From Tubiluchus corallicola (taxonomy: Eukaryota; Animalia; Priapulida), in the NCBI GenBank assembly GCA_030141605.1, contig JAQGDQ010000411.1, positions 1 to 64,000 of the forward strand: a stretch of 64,000 bases of DNA, given 5' to 3'. Below are positions 55,301 to 64,000 of this stretch, one piece after another; position 1 is the first letter of the stretch, and each line of letters starts with the position of its first letter. The notes beneath the pieces were generated by a model. It had not been told where the DNA came from, searched no databases, and worked only from the letters and a program-made list of their open reading frames with translations. The translations under genes were made by a program, and so were the position numbers.

Positions 55301-57321
55301 GCTTGACGAGTTGTATAAAGTAGCAAAGTTGCCGTAACTACAGAAATGCATCTTACGGCATCTCTCGTCAAAATAACTTCTTGCATCTTCCTTTATGATA
55401 GCATCTCATTTTATTGTAAAACAGGAATGATAACGAAGCGTCAGGCTCCTCTGTGATACCCGGAACTCATAAACCAACCGAAGAGGCTGTCGAAAAGTTG
55501 GCGGATACCGTAGAAAAACTGTATGTACTGATTTTCTAAAATTCCGAGTACGAAAGATGACACTTACGTTCTAGATAAAACGTATTTGTGAAATATGTTT
55601 AATGTACAGAAAGACTTGTTTATTGTATTTTGAGCTAAAACTTTTAATTTACAAAGTTGAAAAGTATGTCAAACATTTCGACAGAGTTACTGCTGCCATC
55701 TTCAGTGATAAATTCTTAAAAACATACAAATAGTTTATATAGGCAGAGACTACAGTATGGAACATTATATGCACTAATTATGTATTTTTCAGAAGGCAAA
55801 TAGGTAACGGATTATGCAGACCAGTAGAAAAGAAATTGATACAGTAAACTGTGCACTAATTATGAATTTAACAGAAGCCAAATAGGTAATAGATAAGCAG
55901 ACCAGTAGAAAAGAAATTGATACAGTAAATTATGCACTAATTATGTATTTTTCAGAAGCCAAATAGATAACGGGTTATGCACACCAGTAGAAAAGAAATT
56001 GATACAGTATATTGTGCACTAATTATGAATTTAACAGAAGCCAAATAGGTAATGATTAAGCAGACCAGTAGAAAAGAAATTGATACAGTAAATTATGCAC
56101 TAATTATGTATTTTTCAGAAGGCAAATAGGTAACAGATTATGCAGACCAGTAGAAAAGAAATTGATACAGTAAACTGTGCATTAATTATGTATTTACAAA
56201 AAGTCAAATAAGCAATAGATAAGCAGACCAGTAGAAAAGGCTCCGACTCCAAAGCCCTAAGTTTTAACAACTCCGACTCCTTCAGGAGTAAATTTACTGC
56301 CGGCTCCGACTCCACAGCCCTGAGTATTAACAATTCCGACTCCTTCAGGAGTAAATTTACTGCCGGCTCCGACTCCACAGCCCTAAGTTTTAACAACTCC
56401 GACTCCTTCAGAAGTAAATTTACCGCCGACTCCACAGCCCTGAGTTTTAACAATGCCGACTCCTTCAGGAGTAAATTTACTGCCGGCTCCGACTCCACAG
56501 CCCCGTTGGAATGGCTGTTATAGGTTCAAATTCGACACACACAAGCTTTTTTAATTAAAATTTTGATTTGAACCTAAAATTACGGATTCAAATGATTCAA
56601 TTACATTTGTTCGTTCATCATTGAACCATTTCAGATGTCAAACTGATATAAAGTTCAGTTATAAACAAAATTATAGACTCGGTTTTGTAAAACCTTCATT
56701 TATTTCGTATTTTTTCTGAACGTTGGTATAAGGATTTTAACGAAAACTTTTTAATACCGAATTCGATTTGTTGAAATCTGATTTGTTTGAAATTTGAAAG
56801 CCAAGAAATAGATTTCATTCGATTTCTGGAGCATGTATACGTTTGTATTTATCATCATCATCATCATCATCATACGCCCGTCACGTCTATTGTAGACATT
56901 GGGCGGGCAGAATTCTAAAATAAAAGAAATCTGCCTTCAGACAGGTAAACGCAGCAGTAATCCAGCAAAAAACTAGACACTGCTATGCCAGTGGCTTGTC
57001 AGCACCACTTCCGTGAAAATACTGTTGTGTCTGTTTACTTCTGTTAGAATGGTTGAGGCAATGGCAGAAACCTATTGCCCGAGATCTCCTTGTGAAGAAA
57101 AACTACAGAAACTGTCTTGATTATTTCTTACATGCTTCTTATTAACTTTTTTCAGGATTGAAAAACGTGCAAAGTACAGCCGCCGAAGAGCTTACGACGA
57201 CGATGCGGACATTGATTACATTAACGAGAGGAATGCCAAGTTTAACAAGAAACTCGAGCGTTTCTACGGCGAATATACGGCAGAGATAAAACAGAATTTA
57301 GAAAGAGGAACTGCAGTGTAG
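49384..57321 (+). CDS. SYF2: Pre-mRNA-splicing factor SYF2, 7 coding exons, ~242 aa
   Basis: Exons 49384-49410, 49762-49863, 50261-50386, 51619-51730, 53379-53478, 55425-55520, 57156-57321 (729 nt). Signature sequences [91 protein letters not shown]. The first 27-nt coding exon is less certain. Confidence 0.95.
51723..53290 (+). repeat. 37-bp x42 tandem array built from the SYF2 exon-4/intron-4 junction
   Basis: Unit tgatcaag|gYgagaattaaaatcagctataatgaact; first TGATCAAG at 51723, last at 53277 (difference 1554 = 42 x 37). Confidence 0.97.
53562..54843. mobile_element. MITE family A copy carrying a nested element
   Basis: TIR cagtgagtcctcgcttaacgac / gtcgttaagcgaggacttacta, TA flanks. Confidence 0.83.
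54034..54660. mobile_element. Young mariner/pogo-type MITE nested in family A
   Basis: TIR ccgtatatactcgcatataagcc / ggcttatatgcgagcatatacgg, TA on both sides; the left ~46 bp is repeated internally at ~54557. Confidence 0.88.
55770..56238. repeat. 81/82-bp tandem repeat (~5.7 copies, alternating dimer)
   Basis: tgcactaattatg...gaccagtagaaaagaaattgatacagtaa units at 55770, 55852, 55933, 56015, 56096 and 56178. Confidence 0.92.
56239..56504. repeat. 63-bp x4 tandem repeat of the family E MITE terminus
   Basis: Unit ggctccgactccacagccctgagtattaacaattccgactccttcaggagtaaatttactgcc is the reverse complement of the first ~70 bp of 34793-35862. Confidence 0.85.
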
Positions 57322-57585
57322 TACTTCTTGATGTTTCTTTGTACATAGTACTTTAATATGTTGTCAAAATTGTGTAGAGCAAACATGGTTATGTATTTGA
57401 AGTTAGTCATATACTTGTGTAATAATTGTTTCTAGCAATGTTTTTAGAAGACAATAACGCAATATGTATTGTTTTTATGCATCATGCTAGGTAAAAAAGC
57501 TGTTGATAAAATAAAAGTTGGCTTTGACAAAGTAAAAAAAATTAGTCAAAATAAATTGTATGTCGCTAAGTGAAAAAAGGTGTCA

Positions 57586-57703
57586 ATTCTTGGCCATATC
57601 ACGATGAAAACACCGGTTCTCATCTGATCATGAAGTTAAGCAACGTAGAGCCTGATTAGTACTTGGATGGGTGACCACCTAGGAATACCAGGTGCTATAC
57701 GCT
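57586..57703 (+). pseudogene. 5S rRNA-derived sequence (pseudogene or head of a 5S-derived SINE)
   Basis: ggccatatcacgatgaaaacaccggttctcatctgatcatgaagttaagcaacg...ttagtacttggatgggtgaccacctaggaataccaggtgct aligns over nearly the full length to animal 5S rRNA as I recall it (boxes A/IE/C present). It has many CpG-type transitions, one deletion, no oligo-T terminator, and is followed by a (CAA)n tail at ~57767-57782. Confidence 0.85.
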
Positions 57704-58299
57704 GCAGTTGCATCAATAACTGATTCTCTTGGCGCACACTCCATTGTCTTCCGAGAGAGAAAGATGCCAACAACAACAACAATTACTCATTCTTAGTATA
57801 CGGTAACTGTAAAGAATTTAGTAGGTAATTTTAGATATTGTACTAGAATAAACCATATATTAGTGGTTAAAATTATTGTTTTTGTATGTTACTGCACTCG
57901 AGGAAGTCAATGTTTGTGTGAAATGAAAATAAACACAGGTAAGCCGCTGTTCATCAGGTGCAAATGAAAGGTAAAGTGGGGTAATAATTGTATGTTGAGT
58001 GTAGAATCCCGAGAAGCAGTTTCTCGCGTTGTTTTACCAACTGCTAAATTTAGCTGTGAAATGTGAGTAATAATAATCATTAATTAGTGAGAAGTGGAGA
58101 GGGAAAGGAATCAGAAAACAATAGATGATCGTGTGAGTAATTAAGCTTTGCATGAACCCCCGACTCAAGATCATCACAAAGTTATTTACAAGTAGAATAA
58201 GATGAGAAAACATCGTGCAGAACTATGTATTATAGTGTTGCATAACAAATGCTCTTCGAGGAATTTTAAACTTTTGAACATTTGCACTGCATTTTTATG

Positions 58300-58900
58300 T
58301 TAAAACAAAACCACGCACAATCTTAAACTGTAGGTCAAAACAATCTACTGTTTAAAATATTGAAAGGAAACATACTATTTTTTCAAAAATGATTTACGTG
58401 AAAGAATTATTACCACGAACACAATCGCACCACTAGTTCTTTGCTGTTACATGCATTTTGCTATTCGCTAGTTAGACGGGCACTAGCGCCTGCATTTCGG
58501 AAACGTGTTGCACAAAAAAGGTGCTGTACCTCTCATTTCAGATGTGTTAGCTTGCGATGAACTGCATACATTCAACAGCTCGTGCGTGAGCACAGCAGTA
58601 AATTTCAAATTTGGTTTTCTGAAAACTTGCGTAGTTTTAGTGTAACACACTGAGTATCTTACCGTAGCACTGTACTTCAATTTCCGCTTTCGCAAACACG
58701 TGCAACACGCTCGTGGAATATTTTTGCTGTTGAAAATTATGGTCGTTATGATGTCATCAGTAATTTGGCTCGCTCAGCATTAGTTGAGATTTAATCTAAC
58801 ATTTAATTATCAGAACCGCTTTTGCAGTATTAATTATGTTAAGATGTATACTTTTTACTGTACTTGAAAATGGGGTAGTATATGAGAAACCATCCTTTAA
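58300..58900. mobile_element. Family C (Kolobok-like) copy
   Basis: Colinear with 9985-10657; ends gaaaccatcctttaa. Confidence 0.65.
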
Positions 58901-59436
58901 TGTGTGGTGAATTTCACAATTTCGGTTCAGAAAATCAAACAAACTCAGTAGCTGCTTATTACAGTGCTGGAGAAATCAGTGCAGGGTTTTAAACAGACTG
59001 TTTGAACACATCAGACAGTTTTCTACCACGAAATCTGAAATAAGTATTTGAGTTCATGAATCATTAGTCGAAGAAACGTCAAGCAATGAAAAATCAATAA
59101 GTGCTAATTTATTTGGAATGCATTTAAAAAAATCAATATTTAAATTCGTAAAACTATACATTACAACATGTCTGCTGGATTATATATATATATACAAAGT
59201 ATGTCTGGCAGTAACCTATTGAAATGCAATCTATTCTATAGCATTTAGATAAAACATGTAACATAATAGTAACATTGTTCTGGAATATAAAAAAAATAAA
59301 ACAATGACGCCTTGAGACAATTTTCAACCCTAATTAATACTTCAAATTGCATGTACTGTACATAATATTTATACAAAGAAGCGCAAGTCAATATTTACAA
59401 TATGCTATGGCAGCAGAAGAATAGATACCCTTACAG

Positions 59437-59693
59437 CAGTGGTTCCCAAAGTAGGGGTAAATTACCCCCCCGGGGGTAATATGTTTTTTTTGGGGGGTAA
59501 CGGGCACCCCTCTGAAAATTTTTAAAACTTCGCTCGGAATGCATTTTACGTAGTTTTCTTCTTGATTTTGCTTGCTTGTGGCATATACGTGTGTTTACTT
59601 TTTGAGTTGGAGAAGTAGTACTAGGTAGGGGGTAATGGACACGACCGGGTTTCCCGATTTGGGTAATGGTCCGAGAAAGTTTGGGAACCACTG
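59437..59693. mobile_element. Young hAT MITE
   Basis: TIR cagtggttcccaaa / tttgggaaccactg and a perfect 8-bp TSD ccttacag on both sides. Confidence 0.92.
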
Positions 59694-59949
59694 CCTTACA
59701 GTGTCCAATAAAATGGCATCTCATGATTCATAAAATTGTTGGTTTTTAAAATGCAAATTAAAATCCACATGGATATCTGCATAACATGAGTAACTAGATG
59801 ATTGATTACTGCTCTAAGGTAACAGTTATTCTTGTGAACTAGAAATGTACACAATGTTAAGATTTTTCCAATTTGATTTCATTATTGAACATTCAGAAAT
59901 GGACAATCACTCAGCTTAATCTGTCTATACGATTGACCTGGAATAATGA

Positions 59950-60201
59950 TCTGGACTTTCTTGGCAACAGCTGAGTGATTATTGTGTGTGCCTGCCCACG
60001 AAAGTTAAACACTACCAGACCTGGTCAGTAAATGTATAACTTGACTGCCTTGAACCACATCCAAATATGGACAACAATGGTCTGGACTTTCTGGGCAACA
60101 GCTGAGTGATTGTTGTGTGTGCCCGGTCACCATAGTTAAACACTACCAGACCTGGTCAGTAATTGTATAACTCGAATGCCTTGAACCACATCCAAATATG
60201 G
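59950..60201. repeat. 131-bp direct duplication
   Basis: tctggactttc...ccttgaaccacatccaaatatgg at 59950 and 60081. Confidence 0.88.
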
Positions 60202-60392
60202 CCAAGATTCTTCTCTCAGTTTAGTCACTTCAGTGCCGTACCCTAGAGAACTTTTCCTGATTATTAAATTTCAGTCTCATCAGTTTGTTTGGTCAGGTCA
60301 AAGTTTTAAACTTAGAAAATACTGAACTGTATACGGAATTGTGTTATATGAATGCAAAAGACTAAAAGTTTAACTAGATTTGCGTCGAGCTG

Positions 60393-60879
60393 TCACACGT
60401 AATCGCGACCACGAATTCGCCGTGCCAAACTGATGTCTTTTGGCATAATGGTGACCCGTTTTGCATGAATGGCACAAAGATTTGAAGATTCAAACAGATT
60501 GACGAGATACATCTCCGCAGCTTCCTGCAACGCTCGAATGGCAAGTTCCTGCCATCTCAGAGGGGCACGCGTCACACAGTTTTGAGCAATCTCTTTAACG
60601 ACTCTTGCAAACGGCAGTTTTCTAAGCAACAAGTCGGTCGATTTTTGGTACTTGCGTATTTCCATTAGGGCTCGGGTACCAGGTCTGTATCGTCTATGAG
60701 GCGGAGCGGCTTCGCGTCTGCTAGTGGAGGCACGTTGTTGATTTGAAGTGGAGGGATGTGGATTGGACGGTTCATCCGACGACTCGGAAGAATCGGAGAA
60801 TCGTGGAGCAGGTTCTCGTCTACTAGTGGAGGCACGTTGACGGGGTGATTCATCCGATGATTCGGAAAATCGACGATGT
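60393..60879 (-). CDS. CENPA: Centromeric histone H3 (CENP-A/cenH3)-like, last coding exon
   Basis: The frame is open from an acceptor at 60881/60880: [10 protein letters not shown]...[102 protein letters not shown]. cenH3 hallmarks relative to H3: non-H3 tail, Q68->A, loop 1 two residues longer, F84->W, T107->S, C-terminus not ERA. Confidence 0.85.
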
Positions 60880-61099
60880 CTATAATGATATCACATACGT
60901 AAATGATAGTTATTAGTTTTTAACAAAAAAAATCCAAATAGGAAACAAAAATTCATTCTACGGCTGCAAAAAGTGACGAAATTTGTTGAATGATATTTAG
61001 TAATTGTATCAATTATTTAACCTGACAGATGATGTCCATTATCTAGTCAATCTAAATATTAGATTTCTTTTCCTAAACATAATTTCAGGGACTTAGTGA

Positions 61100-61323
61100 C
61101 TAGTTTGCACCTGTTGTAATGGCAGTCAGCCAGTCCACAAATTGTCAGTTTGCACCTGTTGTAATGGCAGTGAGCCAGTGCACAAGTTGCTAGTTTGCAC
61201 CTGTTGTAATGGCAGTGAGCCAGTGCACAAGTTGCTAGTTTGCACCTGTTGTAATGGCAGTGAGCCAGTGCACAAGTTGCTAGTTTGCACCTGTTGTAAT
61301 GGCAGTGAGCCAGTGCACAAATT
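61100..61323. repeat. 45-bp minisatellite x5
   Basis: Unit ctagtttgcacctgttgtaatggcagtgagccagtgcacaagttg. Confidence 0.93.
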
Positions 61324-61429
61324 GATTATATGGGAAAACAGCTCAATGGTAGCATGCTCGTTACTAGATTTTCACCTGTTACCCCGACAAAGTAATAAAC
61401 ATTTGCAAAAAATCTAATTGCAAGACAAG

Positions 61430-62780
61430 CTTAGATAGATATAACAGCTCATCTAAAATTATGTCAGATATTCATACCATATCAGTTCAACTGTGTCATA
61501 TAATCAACCTCTCCCTTTCTTTTGGGATTTTTCCAGATAAACGAAAAACAATCAATTGTCATTCATTTATTCAAATCCACTGAAGCTACAAAGATGAACT
61601 ACCGACCAATTTTTCTTTTCCCTACTTTTTCAAAACTATTTGAACGATGTGCACATAATCAACTACAAGCTTATTTACATAAATATATTTTAATCCCAAT
61701 CAATATGGTTTTCGTAAAAGCTGCACAACTGATCTGGCTTCAATAAGTGCTTGCAGCAAATTGGTCGACAGTATAAAAAATGCTTGTTTTGTGACCTTTC
61801 AAAAGCATTTGATACAGTCAAGCATTTCATTCTAATCAATAATTTGTTTCACTACGACATGCGAGGGATTGCATCCAGCTGGTTTAGGAGCTAATTAACT
61901 AATCGTTTGCAAAGTGTCAAATGTAACAATATTCTATCTGATATGTTAAATGTTAAGTTTGGCATTCCACAAGGAGCAATTCTTGGTCCACTGTTGTTTC
62001 TTGTTTATATCAATGATATTGCAAACCGACAGAACAATATGTAACTAAATTCGCTGATATATTTCATGGTACTACAATATTTATGGCTTTTGCAAACTTT
62101 CGGTTACCAATATGAATAATATGCTAAATAATCTTTCGACGTGGTACTTAATTCTAGTAAAATTGGCACTTAATTCTAGTAAAACAAAATGTATCATGTT
62201 TCGATCTAAATAGTTCCTCCAAATAGTACACTTTTCATTGATGGTGAACCAATTGAATTCATCAAAGAGACCAAATTTCTTGGTATCATCCTCCATGAAA
62301 GCTTGGACTGGACTCCGCACACATTAACATGATTAGTCTTAAAATAACAAAAAATCTTGGTATTATTTCCCAGTCTTTCAAAGGTTCATGTCATAATATT
62401 ATATAATTCTTTAGTTCTACCCTATTTAAATTTTGCTTCTATTCTTTGGGGCCCCACTTACCCCTCAAATTTAAATCCACTTCGTACACTGCAACGAAAA
62501 TTCTTGCATAATTGTTACGTACATTCTAAATTTTTTACAATTTTTTAATTTGTTTCTGCAATTTTTCACAAATCCTATAAACAAAAATGTCAAACAGCGT
62601 AATACTAGGTATAATGAATATTATGTGAGATATTGCAGAACCATTGCTGCTAAACATTTTATTTCTTTTCTAGGTTCCAATGTTTGGAATTCTATTTCTT
62701 GTAATATCAAAACAGTATCATGTGAACCTAGATTTAAGAAGGAGATGAAAACATGTCTCTTAAATACATATTAGGTGGAT
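61430..62780 (+). mobile_element. Decayed LINE (L2/CR1-like) ORF2 3' half
   Basis: Broken frames give NYRPIFLFPTFSKLFE, QYGFRK, DLSKAFDTV, GIPQGAILGPLLFLVYINDI, KFAD, TKFLGII, LYNSLVLPYLNF...WG and YCRT...G..VWNSI. Confidence 0.88.
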
Positions 62781-63556
62781 TTGATCTTCAACTTTTCTTG
62801 CTATTGTGTTCACCACGTTGGCTGCCACTCACAGTCAGTCCCTGCATACATAAATGACTTATCATGCTGTAGCCATTTCATTGCATTTTTATCATTTTAT
62901 AACTTTTAGCTTTTTTCCTTCTCTTTCACTTACATTACTTACTTACACCCTAATTTTACCGTCATGTCATCTCTTTTCATTGAGCATCTCTTTTGTCCTC
63001 CCCCTCACACATAAGAACACACCACGCATTGCAGTTGGGCATTTTCAAGTTCCAGCTTTTAGCTCAGCTGTAAGCAGTTACATCATTTGTTCATTAATAA
63101 TTAACAAGGAATTGTAGTAATTTTTAATTAAGTTTGTACAATTATATGTAATACATCTGATTATTTCTGTAATTGTAAGTGTTTTTGTCTAATAAACAAT
63201 AATAAACTAATGTTCATATGTTTGCATCAGCTACAAAAACATTTCGCAACATTTATTTTCTGCTTGATATTTGTGTTTTCAAAATTTTCAAAAATACAAT
63301 TTTGATTAAAGAAAAACATACAAAATGAGCAATATGTTGAGCAATATGTTGCAGCTTGAGCCTAATATCGGAATTTTTTCTGCATGCAGCGTTCAGTAAA
63401 GTAGCAAGCACCAACATTTTGAGTAAAATTTTTTGAGTCTAATTAGTACAAAGTGAAAACAAAGTTTTTGCCATGAAAAGAAACTAAATTTAAGAAAAAA
63501 CACCCACACGTTCGAAGAATCAGTGGTGTTATTTTTAAGTCTTTGATATGACTCAC

Positions 63557-63599
63557 TCACGAGTTGAACTTGCGACCTCCTGAGTGGGAAGTGAGCAAG
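63557..63599 (-). CDS. Candidate upstream cenH3 tail exon
   Basis: tag|CTTGC...ACTCGTGA|gtgagt ends in phase 2, matching the exon at 60879. It encodes CSLPTQEVASSTRE, similar to the tail repeat QRASTSRRE. The acceptor is weak and the start codon was not found. Confidence 0.45.
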
Positions 63600-64000
63600 C
63601 TACCAAGACGTGCACATTGATATGTATTCCTAATATGAAGCCACTGATGAACTTCTTCATTAAATGAACATTAGTGTTATTAAAATGCATTGATATGTCT
63701 GATAATTGTGATTTAATGACAATCACACTGGTATTACTACACTCGGCAAAAACCAAATACTCATGTACAGCAACCCATGTTATAAAATATGGTTATTCTC
63801 ACCCCCCCCCATGATTATGTTGCTTATGATTTATATTGGTCAGCATTAAACCAAATGAAATAGGAATTCTCGGCTTCATCCTCAATGAAATTAAAAATAT
63901 ATTGCTAACATTACTGAGTAATTAATTATTTATATATAAATTAACCCATTGTACGGTATTAGTACATTCTACTAAAGAGTATAACATCAATTGAAAAAAG

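Noticed and set aside
57586-57703. Functional 5S rRNA gene
   Set aside because: Single copy, damaged 5' stem, a deletion, CpG-decay changes and no Pol III terminator.
60665-60853. 62-aa ORF suggesting a frameshifted histone gene
   Set aside because: The histone-fold frame itself stays open to the acceptor at 60880; no frameshift is needed.
63550-63625. tRNA-like sequence on the minus strand (ggtag...cccac...gttcaactc)
   Set aside because: No convincing acceptor stem. The cenH3 mini-exon reading fits phase and tail motif better, though a decayed tRNA-SINE head cannot be excluded.

Overview
AT-rich, intron-rich invertebrate (metazoan) genomic DNA; most ORFs in the supplied track are artefacts of repeats. 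By reading GT-AG junctions and phases by hand I reconstruct five protein-coding genes: an ALDH3-family aldehyde dehydrogenase (+, 5' part outside the window), heat shock factor HSF1 (+, 12 coding exons), a single-coding-exon C2H2 zinc-finger gene (-), splicing factor SYF2 (+, 7 coding exons) and a centromeric histone H3 (CENP-A/cenH3)-like gene (-, start not located). Introns and intergenic DNA are packed with non-autonomous DNA transposons (TA-flanked Tc1/mariner/pogo-type, 8-bp-TSD hAT-type, Kolobok- and Helitron-like), decayed LINE RT fragments, a 5S-derived SINE-like copy and many local tandem arrays. The most unusual pattern is that tandem arrays are seeded on functional sites. The SYF2 exon-4 splice donor is amplified 42 times (mostly GT->GC) and makes up ~94% of its intron. 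The HSF1 exon-10 donor is triplicated, and that exon also begins with a donor-like sequence. Several minisatellites, one with a 5-mer higher-order structure, appear to grow out of MITE ends. Functional interpretations are hypotheses; no database searches were run.
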